A DNA stretch of 64,000 nucleotides, from NCBI GenBank assembly GCA_965249535.1, contig OZ252241.1:1212730-1276729 (forward strand), given 5' to 3'. The notes under the pieces are model-generated. The model ran no database searches, was not told where the DNA came from, and was given only the letters and a program-made list of their open reading frames with translations. The DNA comes from Vicinamibacterales bacterium (GTDB lineage: Bacteria; Acidobacteriota; Vicinamibacteria; Vicinamibacterales; G965249535). Made by a program: the position numbers and the translations under genes. Below, piece by piece: positions 36,228 through 47,870 of the stretch (positions are counted from its first letter, which is position 1; the number at the start of each line of letters is the position of its first letter).

Positions 36228-37257
36228 GTGAGGACCCAATTAGCTGACATGCCGGAAACAATTCTCGTCACTGGAGCAACTGGTTTCGTGGGGCACTCCC
36301 TATTGGAACAGTTGAACCAACAAGGTCTCCCGGTCATCGCTTGGCGAAACACCACAACTCAGGCGAACAGTAGCACCCGCCAAACCACTCCCTGGAAACA
36401 AGCAATCCGGCACGTTGAGGTAACGTGGTGTCAGGTTGATCTACTTGACCGCAATGCCGTTACAGCCGCCATTGCCGAAACCAATCCAAAAGTTATCTAT
36501 CACTTAGCGACGGTAGCAGACGTTGGAAATTCGTGGCGGCACGCTTCTCGAACGTTAGCGGTTAATGTCCTTGGTACCAACAACCTTTTAGCAGCTCTTC
36601 GTAGCACAAGGGTTGACACAAAGATCTTCATTCCCGGATCGGCGATGATCTATGGTCAATCGAGTGAAATGTTAAGTGAAGACGCACCACTCAACCCAGT
36701 AAGTCCGTACGCCATGAGCAAGCTCGCTCGAACTGCTTGTAAGAGAATACGCTACAGAGCATCCTCAAACAGTCCTGTTGACCCGCTCGTTCGCTCACAT
36801 AGGTCCACACCAAAAACCATACTATGCCGCCTCGAACTTCGCCCGCCAAATCGCCGAGATCGAGGCCGAACATACTGAACCCACCATCCACGTTGGAAAT
36901 CTCAACTCGCAGCGTGACCTTACTGATGTACGCGATATAGTCCGAGCGTATCAATTACTCGTTAAGTGTGGCAGGTATGGACGGATCTATAACGTCTGTT
37001 CTGGAAACGCTTACCGACTAGGAGATATCCTCGATAGCCTGCTAAGCTACTCGAAGGTTCGCGTGAAGATTCATGTTGATTCATCCCTCATTCGCCCAAG
37101 CGACAATCCGTTGATTCTGGGTAATCCCAGTCGAATCAGAGACGAAATAGGTTGGAACCCAGAAATTCCGATTGAACGCACACTTCAAGACTTGTTGAAC
37201 TATTGGAGGAGTGTAACCGAAAATACAAGACCCATGAGCGGAAATTCTCGAACCTAG
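36228..37257 (+). pseudogene. NAD-dependent sugar epimerase/reductase (Rmd / 4-keto-6-deoxyhexose reductase-like), interrupted by a +1 frame change near nt 36729
   Basis: Frame A reads ILVTGATGFVGHSL...SPYAMSKLA up to 36728. The homologous continuation ELLVREYATEHPQTVLLTRSFAHIGP...FARQIAEIE...RDLTDVRDIVRAY...YNVCSG is readable only in frame B from 36730. Confidence 0.8.
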
Positions 37258-37452
37258 AAAATGTTCTTACACAAACAAATAACATCTCTCCAACAAAGAC
37301 TAACAGAGAACATCCAGCCACATATGAATGTTTCTCCACTGCTCAAAGTTTGGTTCCATAACCCACTGACCACGAGAATAGAATAAGAATCCCTAATGTA
37401 GACATGCGCCAACAAAACGTCTGATGGAGAGACTCATCGGATATTTGACAAA

Positions 37453-38295
37453 CTATTGCGGTTGCATCAGACGGTGGATACGTTCCTCAGTGGGTGGATG
37501 GGTGCTAAACAGCGACAGCAACCTACCACGGGTGAATGGTTTCACAATAAGCATATGCACAGTCGCCGGATTAGCGTCCATCGGCAAACGGCGACTAGCA
37601 TCCTCAATCTTTCGAAGAGCATCTGCCAACCCGTAAGGGCTACGGACGATCTGAGCAGCCGCCTTGTCTGCAGCAAACTCCCTCGAGCGTGAAATCGCTG
37701 CCTGAATTAACATTGCAGAGAGCGGCGCCACAATGATAGTTGCCAGTAAGGTAATAGGACTCGAACCACCACGATCATCCCGAACCACCCCATCCACCAA
37801 ATAGAGCGGCAAACTGAGCCATTCTGGCTACCATCATAATTGTGGCTGCGATTGTGGCCGCGACTGAACTGATCAGGATGTCCCTGTGCTTCACATGCGC
37901 TAGCTCATGCGCGATCACCCCTTCCAGCTCTTCCTCGGGTTGAGTAAACTTAGGATTCCATCCGTAGCGACGACTGCCGCATGTTGGGGATTCCGACCAG
38001 TAGCAAAAGCGTTAGGTGACCCATTTGGAATGACATAGATTTTCGGCATGGGCAACATGGCCTGCCTTGCCAACCGCTCAGTCATCAGAAAGAGCGGGTG
38101 CTGAACGTCTACCTGCCTGGCCTTATACATCTTCAACACGATCTTGTCAGAGAACCAGTACGAACCGAAATTCATCAATGCAGCAAACCCAAATGCCACT
38201 AATAGACCATTCACACCGCCGATCAGCTCGCCGATGGCGAGTAACAACCCACTCATCAAGCCGAGCAGCAAAACCGTCTTTATTGAATTTGCCAT
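37453..38295 (-). pseudogene. htpX: M48 zinc metalloprotease HtpX, interrupted by two compensating frame changes around the HEXXH block
   Basis: N-terminal part (ORF 37915..38295): ...[24 protein letters not shown]. Middle part, readable only in the -1 frame: [27 protein letters not shown]...AALFGGWGG (HELAH codons at 37895-37909). C-terminal part, back in the first frame (ORF 37453..37812): RDDRGGSS...AISRSREFAAD...THPPTEERI. Confidence 0.85.
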
Positions 38296-38544
38296 ATTTT
38301 CACCTTTGTCGTGGCCGAGCTTCGTTAGCCCTCAGGCGGACAATTCCATGCTGGATTCGTTTTGCGTGAATTTGATTACTTCACCTTTGTCCACGCAGTG
38401 TGACAACTTCTCATTTCACTTCGATCCTGACCGATTGGGCACGGAAATAAGCAGTCTAGATATTCGAATGCAGGTTCACTATCTTCAATGATTATTTAAT
38501 CAAACTTGCCCGACGGCCACAGGCCGCTCATAATGACATGGAGT

Positions 38545-39159
38545 ATGCGAACTTTGTCTTTTGCCCTGCTCGCGGTCTTAGTGGGTTCAACAGTGACCTT
38601 GTTAGCTCAGCCTCAGCAACCCGTACCTCAACCGTTCCCGAGACCAAGCGAACCTTCGCCTGGGTCAGATCCATCACAAAATGAAATCACACGAGAGGCA
38701 AGACCCTCGGACTCCACACCCCCCTCCGTGCAAAGTGAAACGACTCCTAAGACCAGATCCTCAGAAAATATGCCGGCAGCTTCTCCTAACGCACCAACCG
38801 AAGCCACTCTTGGACTACCTATCTACCCAACTGCGGTTTTCCTTACGTCATACGATGCGGGACGGGGTCAGAGGTACTATTTATTCGGTACGAACGTACC
38901 GTTTGATGAAATGGTCGTCTACTACAAAATTGTCTTGGATGAGGGTGGAGATCTGATCTTCGAGGCACCAGCGACCCACATGTTCGAAGTTGGTCGTTTT
39001 CGGGAAGAAACGATGGCATTTCCACCGGGTGTCACAATAAAGGATTACACGTGGAACGGATCAGAAGGTTACTTAGCAGTACCTCCAGGTGCCGAACCCA
39101 CCTACTTCTCTACAGTCATTCAAATCGTTCCACCACCCCGAGAGGGTACCACTAGATAA
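38545..39159 (+). CDS. Secreted hypothetical protein (signal peptide, Pro/Ser/Gln-rich linker, ~110-aa C-terminal domain)
   Basis: MRTLSFALLAVLVGSTVTLLAQPQQP is the signal peptide. A low-complexity P/S/Q/T region follows, then GLPIYPTAVFL...YYLFGTN...VVYYK. No family was recognised. The start could also be 38506 or 38533. Confidence 0.6.
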   Translation: MRTLSFALLAVLVGSTVTLLAQPQQPVPQPFPRPSEPSPGSDPSQNEITREARPSDSTPPSVQSETTPKTRSSENMPAASPNAPTEATLGLPIYPTAVFLTSYDAGRGQRYYLFGTNVPFDEMVVYYKIVLDEGGDLIFEAPATHMFEVGRFREETMAFPPGVTIKDYTWNGSEGYLAVPPGAEPTYFSTVIQIVPPPREGTTR

Positions 39160-39182
39160 TCAAAATCACTCACGAGAGAGAC

Positions 39183-40910
<1,728 letters not shown>

Positions 40911-41084
40911 TTAAATTCCTCTCAAACACACATCATTCCCAAGAGAGCTGTCGTCAACAAAATCTGGGATCAGATTCCTACCGTCGTAGCCGACTGCACA
41001 AAAAATCGCTCAAACAAACCGTGTAACCGCTCGTGGTTCCACAGAAAGTATCCATTAGAAATCAGGAGAGGCGGGAAGGGTTAC

Positions 41085-41170
41085 GCCGCACTCCCTAAGC
41101 CGGTCTCTACCGGTATCAGGTTCCAAGGGTGGATTCTCAATCCCTGACGGAACTAACCCTAGCTCCTCGC
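41085..41170 (-). promoter_or_regulatory. TPP (THI-box) riboswitch in the thiC leader
   Basis: The minus strand reads AGGGUUAGUUCCGUCAGGGAUUGAGAAUCCACCCUUGGAACCUGAUACCGGUAGAGACCGGCUUAGGGAG. This includes the UGAGA, ACCCUU..GAACCUGAU and CCGG-loop-CCGG..AGGGA core elements. The boundaries are approximate. Confidence 0.85.
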
Positions 41171-41494
41171 TAGACTATATCACGCCTAGTAGGCAATTAG
41201 ACTTGCGGTTGAGCCGCTAAGCAGGAGACCTGCTAGGCTTATTCTAGTTACTTCAGTAGCCTTTCAGAGGGAACTTTTCAAAAATCGTCCCGAAGAACAG
41301 CCCGTTTGCAACCGCTTTATTGTCTCTACAATCTGGTGCATTTGTGAGCCCTAAAACTATAGTCCCTATAATTTTTGGTTTTGATGCTCCACTAGTACGG
41401 AAAATGGAACAAACTCACAGTAGACTATGCAATCGCTTACTATACATCACTAGATTCGCACGCTCTCAGGGACCCCCTGTAGTACAATTTCACT

Positions 41495-41944
41495 ATGCGC
41501 ATTGCACTCGGCTCAGACCACGCCGGCGTAAAACTCAAAGCGGAAGTTAAACAGGTACTCGATGAGCTAAATGTCGCTTACAAGGATTTCGGAACTGCGT
41601 CAGAAGCATCAGTCGATTATCCAGACTACGCCTTCCAAGCCGCCGCAGCTGTCGCTGCTGGAAACTTTGATCGTGGAATCCTCATTTGCGGTACTGGGGT
41701 AGGAATGGTCATTGCTGCCAATAAGATCCACGGTGTACGTGCCGCACAGGTAATCGATCCAGAAGGTGCGCGGCTCAGTCGTGAACACAACGACGCTAAT
41801 ATCCTTGCACTCGGTGCACGTCTGACACCCCGAGGTCCCACACGAGAAATCGTCAAGACTTTTCTGAATACAAGTTTTGCTGGAGGGCGCCACAAGCGGC
41901 GCGTCGACAAGATTATCGCCTTGGAGAACTCGAACAGTCGATAG
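41495..41944 (+). CDS. rpiB: Ribose-5-phosphate isomerase B
   Basis: MRIALGSDHAGVKLK...ILICGTGVGMVIAANK...NILALGAR. 149 aa. Confidence 0.93.
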   Translation: MRIALGSDHAGVKLKAEVKQVLDELNVAYKDFGTASEASVDYPDYAFQAAAAVAAGNFDRGILICGTGVGMVIAANKIHGVRAAQVIDPEGARLSREHNDANILALGARLTPRGPTREIVKTFLNTSFAGGRHKRRVDKIIALENSNSR

Positions 41945-41994
41945 CATCGTCATGACCCCTTCGGTCGAGACTATCCGTAAACTTAAGAGGTACG

Positions 41995-43278
41995 ATGTCA
42001 CGAACCCTTAACGAATTCGTTAGTAGTCTTAGGCGCTCGGTATCTAAGACCGACCCAGAAATTGCTCAAGCGATTCGAGACGAATTACATCGACAGAACG
42101 TGGGATTAGAACTGATAGCATCAGAAAATTTTGTGAGTACTGCGGTACTTGAGGTAATGGGATCTGTTCTGACGAATAAGTATGCTGAAGGATACCCTGA
42201 TCGACGGTACTACGGAGGGTGCGAGTTCGTTGATATAGCTGAATCACTGGCGATTTCACGAGCCAAGGCACTTTTTGCCGCGGAACACGCAAATGTTCAA
42301 CCCCATTCTGGCGCTCAGGCCAATATGGCAGCTTACTTTGCACTGCTCAACCCTGGCGACACAGCACTTGGCATGAAACTCGCCCATGGTGGGCACTTAA
42401 CTCATGGGCACTCACTTAACTTCTCAGGCAAACTTTACACAATCATCCCTTATGGCGTGCAACGTGAAGATGAACGAATAGACTATACTGAGTTAGAGAG
42501 TCTGGCCTTTCAACATAAGCCGAAAATGATTATCGTGGGTGCGAGTGCCTATCCACGTACGATCGACTTCGAGCACATCCACAGAATTGCCAACGATGTT
42601 GGCGCCTTAATGGTTACCGACATGGCCCACATCGCCGGTCTCGTTGCAGCCGGACTCCATCCCTCTCCAATTCCACATTCGGCCATAGTCACGACCACGA
42701 CTCACAAGACACTCCGTGGTCCTCGTGGCGGCCTGGTGTTGAGCCGTATGGAGCACGCAAAAGCCGTCGATAAGGCGCTTTTCCCCGGCGTACAGGGTGG
42801 ACCGTTAATGCACATCATTGCTGCCAAGGCTGTCTGTTTTAAGGAAGCTGCGGCGCCGAACTTCACTGACTACCAGCGTCAGATCGTGACAAATGCTAAA
42901 TGCTTAGCCGCCACGTTAGCGGGTGCCGGATTCCGACTGGTCAGTGGTGGAACCGACACCCATCTTATATTGATCGATGTCTTCTCGAAGGGCCTAACCG
43001 GCAAAGTCGCAGAGACCGCACTAGACAAAGCTGGAATCACAGTAAACAAGAACGCGATTCCCTTTGATAAGAACCCCCCTGCCGTAGCTAGCGGTATTCG
43101 TCTTGGAACACCAGCGGTTACTACACGCGGCATGCGAGAAACAGAGATGGAGCTGATTGGCGAATTGATCGGTCGAGTCCTTGCGGCGCCCGAAACAGAC
43201 AAAGTGATTAGTATGGTGCGGCTGGAGGTCGAAAAACTGTGCAAGAAATTTCCTCTGTACCAAGACGGCCGAGCTTAG
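41995..43278 (+). CDS. glyA: Serine hydroxymethyltransferase
   Basis: [24 protein letters not shown] and [14 protein letters not shown] (the PLP lysine). Confidence 0.96.
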   Translation: MSRTLNEFVSSLRRSVSKTDPEIAQAIRDELHRQNVGLELIASENFVSTAVLEVMGSVLTNKYAEGYPDRRYYGGCEFVDIAESLAISRAKALFAAEHANVQPHSGAQANMAAYFALLNPGDTALGMKLAHGGHLTHGHSLNFSGKLYTIIPYGVQREDERIDYTELESLAFQHKPKMIIVGASAYPRTIDFEHIHRIANDVGALMVTDMAHIAGLVAAGLHPSPIPHSAIVTTTTHKTLRGPRGGLVLSRMEHAKAVDKALFPGVQGGPLMHIIAAKAVCFKEAAAPNFTDYQRQIVTNAKCLAATLAGAGFRLVSGGTDTHLILIDVFSKGLTGKVAETALDKAGITVNKNAIPFDKNPPAVASGIRLGTPAVTTRGMRETEMELIGELIGRVLAAPETDKVISMVRLEVEKLCKKFPLYQDGRA

Positions 43279-45203
43279 CCGAACGCGTGGCCGATGCGTT
43301 TGCCGTCCCAGGCTCACTAGCCGGGGTGGTCCCAGGGTTTGAACCCAGAACCAGCCAGCGTGAGATGGCCGGAGCTGTAGCGGACATCTTCGAAGAAGGT
43401 GGCGTTCTATTGGCTGAGGCGGGAACTGGGATCGGCAAAACTCTGGCCTATCTCGTCCCGGCCATCTTGAGTCAACAGCGGGTACTCGTGTCGACGGGAA
43501 CCAAGAACCTCCAAGAACAAATCTTTTTTAAGGATCTTCCGATCCTACGCGAAGCGTTACCTACTCCATTTAAGGCCACGTACATTAAAGGCCGTAGCAA
43601 TTACCTCTGTCTCCACCGTTTCGAGTCGTTAAATTCAAGTATCGTTTTGCGAGGACCGGAAGAGCAGAAATACCTCAATGCAATAGAAACGTGGGCGAAG
43701 CATACTGAAACAGGTGACCGATCTGAACTTGACGATCTACCGGAGGACCTATCTTTCTGGAATGACGTCTCGGCCACGAGTGAAAACTGTATCGGCACGG
43801 AGTGCCCGCGCTATGACGAATGCTTCGTAACCCGCGTGCGGCAGCGCGCCGCGGAATCCGATCTCATCATCGTCAACCATCACCTACTCTGCGCGGATGC
43901 GGCTGTCAGACAGAGTTCATATGGCGAAGTAATTCCTTCCTGCAGATACGTGATAATAGACGAAGCCCACCAACTCGAAGACGTAGCGACACAATACTTC
44001 GGTATCTCAATTAGCAACTACCGCCTTGATGAACTAGTCCGCGACGGGCGCCGCGTCTTGGGAAACGATCTGATCCTTGATCGTGAACAAGCCAGTGAGC
44101 TCCGTGATGTATTGGCGCGAATAGAAGAAAGGGCAAGGTCATTTTTCAGCACCTGCACAATAGAACGTGGTCGTGAGGAAAAATTACGGATTGACGCGAG
44201 CACACTCAGGATCATCTCAAATCAAGGGTGTTCACTGGTTGGAACATTAAGAACACTGGAAACAACAATTGCCCTTCTCAGCGGCGCAACAGAGGATGTA
44301 CTGGCGTTATCCAGACGAACAGCCGAGCTGCAGGATCAACTGCAATTCTTGCTGCGTGCATCCGACAGAAACTACGTGTACGTCCTCGAGGTGCGGGGTC
44401 GCGGTGTATTCCTGCGGGCATCTCCAATAGATGTCTCCTCAATCGTACGTGAATTATTACTTGATCGAATGCATGCCACTGTTCTCACTTCTGCGACACT
44501 AGCAATCGAAGGTTCTTTTGACTACATGAAAAGCAGGCTTGGTGTCGACTGTGCACAGCAAAGACGTTTGCCATCGGAATTTGACTTTTCGCGTCAGGCG
44601 ATTCTTTACCTCCCACAAACTCTTCCCGACCCACGATCGTCGACCTTCGGTGCGGCCGCCGGCAAGGAAGTCGTGGAGATTTTGAAATGTACTGCGGGTC
44701 GAGCCTTTGTACTCTTTACCAGCTACGCTACTCTCCGGGAGGTTGAAGCGATTGTAGAAGCGAATCTGAACTATTCCTTATTTGTCCAAGGTTCGGCTCC
44801 GCGATCAGCACTTCTTCGAGAATTTCGGGCGACGTCAAATGCTGTTCTTCTCGCTACTTCAAGCCTTTGGCAAGGTGTCGATGTTTCTGGCGAAGCCCTG
44901 AGCTGCGTGATTATCGACAAGTTGCCCTTTGCGTCACCTGCTGATCCAGTGACCGCTGCCCGTATTGAGAATATTGCCTCTCGCGGAGGGAACCCTTTTT
45001 TCGAATACCAGGTGCCTCTGGCTATTCTGACGCTACAGCAGGGTCTTGGCCGCCTTATCCGCCACCGCCGTGACCGTGGAGTGCTCGCAATTCTCGATCC
45101 TAGAATCCAGACGAGGGGATACGGCCAGCGATTTATAGCATCGCTTCCGCCAGCCCCAGTGACGCATAATCTTTTCGAAGTGCAGAGGTTTCTTGATGGC
45201 TAG
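43239..45203 (+). CDS. dinG: ATP-dependent DNA helicase, XPD/DinG (Rad3-like, Fe-S) family
   Basis: Walker [12 protein letters not shown], the Cys cluster YLCLHRF...[18 protein letters not shown] box IIDEAHQL, and a C-terminal helicase-C2 region. The start is uncertain: the ORF overlaps glyA by 40 nt, and GTG 43287 is an alternative. Confidence 0.85.
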   Translation: MQEISSVPRRPSLAERVADAFAVPGSLAGVVPGFEPRTSQREMAGAVADIFEEGGVLLAEAGTGIGKTLAYLVPAILSQQRVLVSTGTKNLQEQIFFKDLPILREALPTPFKATYIKGRSNYLCLHRFESLNSSIVLRGPEEQKYLNAIETWAKHTETGDRSELDDLPEDLSFWNDVSATSENCIGTECPRYDECFVTRVRQRAAESDLIIVNHHLLCADAAVRQSSYGEVIPSCRYVIIDEAHQLEDVATQYFGISISNYRLDELVRDGRRVLGNDLILDREQASELRDVLARIEERARSFFSTCTIERGREEKLRIDASTLRIISNQGCSLVGTLRTLETTIALLSGATEDVLALSRRTAELQDQLQFLLRASDRNYVYVLEVRGRGVFLRASPIDVSSIVRELLLDRMHATVLTSATLAIEGSFDYMKSRLGVDCAQQRRLPSEFDFSRQAILYLPQTLPDPRSSTFGAAAGKEVVEILKCTAGRAFVLFTSYATLREVEAIVEANLNYSLFVQGSAPRSALLREFRATSNAVLLATSSLWQGVDVSGEALSCVIIDKLPFASPADPVTAARIENIASRGGNPFFEYQVPLAILTLQQGLGRLIRHRRDRGVLAILDPRIQTRGYGQRFIASLPPAPVTHNLFEVQRFLDG

Positions 45204-46257
45204 TGGTAACTCAACCGGTGAATACATATGTAGGATGCGTGTCTACCATCAACTAACACACCTCACTATCAGAGGAATCGAACCGTCTAATCTGGCTGTT
45301 AGTTACAAATTGAAAAACTTGCTCGTGATTTGTTTGCTAATGACCGCCTTTCCATCATACTCGAACGCACAAACTACTGGCGTGGTCAATGGTTTCGTAT
45401 TCGACCAACAAAATAACGCCCTTGCCGGCGTCCAAATTATCTTTAATTCTCAGGACACCGAAGGTTTTAGCGTAGAGACCACGAGTAACAGTACCGGTAA
45501 ATTCTCACAGTCTGATCTGCTTCCAGGTCACTACGTGATCACGGCCGAAACAGAAGATCTAGGGGTGCATAGCTTCCGAGTACGTGTTTACCCGGGTCAG
45601 AGTGTCCAAGTGAACTTCAAGCTCGAGCAAGGTAAGCATCTCGCTCCTTGGCAGGATGGTCTCGTGGATCAATCAAAACTAACGGACATGTTCGATGAGG
45701 GTGTTTCAGAAAACCGAATGGGGAACTTCGGGCGAGCTATCACGAAGTTTCAAGAAGCGCTCCGAATCTATCCGAGATGTATAGACTGCCACTATAACAT
45801 CGGTATCGCTTACACTCGATTAGAGGACTACCTGAGTGCAGAAACAGCCTTCAAGAAAGCCATCGAGATAAGACCAGATTTTGCAACTAGTTACTATGGA
45901 CTCGCAGCCGTTTACGACAAGCAAGAAAAGACGGAGGAAGCAACTAGAGCAAGAAGTCAGGCCAGTCGTCTAGCCTTGGAGGCCATGGCCATCAGTAAAA
46001 CCAACGCACGAAACATCTTCAGTCAGGCCATCATTTTCTTCAATGCTAGAAACGTCACTGAAGCGATGAGGCAGTTCCAGCAAGCGGAGAAACTTGATCC
46101 AAGTCTCGTGAGTGTACACTACTGGCTGGGGCTTACTAACCTGGCGGAAGGGAATCAAAGTGCAGCTGAGAAAAGATTTGAGCGGTATCTCCTACTCGTA
46201 CCAAACGGCCAGTACACTAACGAAGCGACCGAAGCTCTAGGGAAGATACGACACTAG
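45193..46257 (+). CDS. Secreted protein with carboxypeptidase-regulatory-like (Ig-like) domain and TPR repeats
   Basis: The signal-like segment reads LKNLLVICLLMTAFPSYSNAQ. Next comes TTGVVNGFVFDQQNNALAGVQI...YVITAE, then 3-4 TPR-like repeats. The real start may be TTG 45310. Confidence 0.7.
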   Translation: MMASGNSTGEYICRMRVYHQLTHLTIRGIEPSNLAVSYKLKNLLVICLLMTAFPSYSNAQTTGVVNGFVFDQQNNALAGVQIIFNSQDTEGFSVETTSNSTGKFSQSDLLPGHYVITAETEDLGVHSFRVRVYPGQSVQVNFKLEQGKHLAPWQDGLVDQSKLTDMFDEGVSENRMGNFGRAITKFQEALRIYPRCIDCHYNIGIAYTRLEDYLSAETAFKKAIEIRPDFATSYYGLAAVYDKQEKTEEATRARSQASRLALEAMAISKTNARNIFSQAIIFFNARNVTEAMRQFQQAEKLDPSLVSVHYWLGLTNLAEGNQSAAEKRFERYLLLVPNGQYTNEATEALGKIRH

Positions 46258-46259
46258 TT

Positions 46260-47039
46260 ATGGCAGCAGCTCCTTCGCACCAAGAACCAGAGCATCACGA
46301 ATCGACCGCCGACCCTGAGCTAACGGCTACTATCGCAGCAAACCTTTCGGTAGTCCGTTCGAGAATTGCACGGGCGGCCCAAACCGTTAGACGGGATCCA
46401 GGAGACATTCGATTGATCGCTGTTTCAAAGACGTTTGGCTTTGAACATGTTCATGCGGCAGTCGCGGCTGGTCAGAATGACTTTGGTGAAAACCGTGTGC
46501 AAGAAGCTATGCAGAAAATCGATAAATCGACTGAACTAGGAATTAGGTGGCATTTAGTGGGCCACTTGCAATCAAACAAAGCCAAGAAGGCCGTCACACC
46601 GTTCGCCTGGATTCACTCCGTCGATAGCCTCGTTCTGCTCCGGAGACTCGAGGCAGCGGCATATGAACAGGGGGCGGTCCCTAACTTAATGATCCAGGTA
46701 GCTCTGGGAGGAGAGCCGACAAAACACGGGGCATCGCCAAATGACGTTGCCCTTATCCTTGAAGCCGCCAAGACCTGCCACGCAGTCCGAATCTGTGGCC
46801 TAATGCTAATCCCACCCCTGGTTGAAAATCCTGAGCAGGCACGCCCTCACTTCAAGTTTCTCCGTGAACTTCGACATGATCTCTTAGCGACGGGCGTTGA
46901 GCCTCATCTGCTGCAACACCTCTCTATGGGTATGAGTCACGACCTAGAGATCGCAGTAGAGGAAGGAGCAACAATGGTGCGCGTGGGCAGGTCAATCTTT
47001 GGAAAGCGGCCCCCACCAAGTCAGAAACATAACCCTTAA
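46260..47039 (+). CDS. yggS: YggS-family pyridoxal-phosphate homeostasis protein
   Basis: IRLIAVSKTF (the PLP lysine), WHLVGHLQSNKAK and LSMGMSHDLEIAVEEGATMVRVG. Confidence 0.9.
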   Translation: MAAAPSHQEPEHHESTADPELTATIAANLSVVRSRIARAAQTVRRDPGDIRLIAVSKTFGFEHVHAAVAAGQNDFGENRVQEAMQKIDKSTELGIRWHLVGHLQSNKAKKAVTPFAWIHSVDSLVLLRRLEAAAYEQGAVPNLMIQVALGGEPTKHGASPNDVALILEAAKTCHAVRICGLMLIPPLVENPEQARPHFKFLRELRHDLLATGVEPHLLQHLSMGMSHDLEIAVEEGATMVRVGRSIFGKRPPPSQKHNP

Positions 47040-47105
47040 TCTTGTCTCGGCCTAGCTATGGGAGATCAACCACCAGGCGGTTATATTCAGTCTAGATACG
47101 GAATC

Positions 47106-47867
47106 CTACCTGATCTGACTAAAAAGTCGCTCCCACCTTGTTCCTGTGAAGAAATTAATCGCAACTGAAAGGATACCTCTAAAAGTAGAGCCAAAACCAT
47201 TCCCTTGATCTTGGAAGTTTGTCTCCGGCGCGTCGTACGACCAGTAGACCATCAACGCCTTCCCCTTCAGATGGGAATGAGGCATAAACCCCCAGTATCG
47301 ACTGTCTTGAGAGTTGTCCCGGTTATCACCCATAACGAAGTATTCTCCCGGTGGAATAGTGACAGGCCCGTAGTCATCACGCGGGCGAAGTGGAAATTCT
47401 CCATGCGGTGCACCGCTAGGTAACCGTAGCTCTTCTATGTACGACTCGCCTATCGGTTCACCGTTAATAAAAACGCGCTTCCGACGAACTTCGAGAGTTT
47501 CTCCTGGAAGACCTATTACACGCTTAATGAAATCCCTTCCTGGATTCTCTGGATATTTAAAAACTACGACATCACCCCTCCGCACAGGCTTGATTGGCAG
47601 GAAGTTCCGTTCCATCTCACTCATAGTTGGACTGAAAGCGAACTTATTGACGAGTAGGTGATCTCCAACTAACAGATTCTCCTCCATCGACCCAGTGGGA
47701 ATCTTAAAAGCCTGGACAACCCATGTTCGGATGAACAGAGCCAATATCACCGCAATGATGATCGATTCAAAATACTCACGAAGTGTAGATTTCTCGGGAG
47801 AACGCATACGAGTCATTAGGTAGTCAACCAAACTTAGTCGCTGGGCAGGTAAAAGCTTGGAGGACAC
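47106..47867 (-). CDS. lepB: Signal peptidase I
   Basis: IPTGSMEENLLVGDHLLVNKF (the catalytic Ser box) and GDNRDNSQDSRYWG. It lies downstream of lepA. Confidence 0.94.
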   Translation of the reverse strand: MSSKLLPAQRLSLVDYLMTRMRSPEKSTLREYFESIIIAVILALFIRTWVVQAFKIPTGSMEENLLVGDHLLVNKFAFSPTMSEMERNFLPIKPVRRGDVVVFKYPENPGRDFIKRVIGLPGETLEVRRKRVFINGEPIGESYIEELRLPSGAPHGEFPLRPRDDYGPVTIPPGEYFVMGDNRDNSQDSRYWGFMPHSHLKGKALMVYWSYDAPETNFQDQGNGFGSTFRGILSVAINFFTGTRWERLFSQIR

Positions 47868-47870
47868 TCA

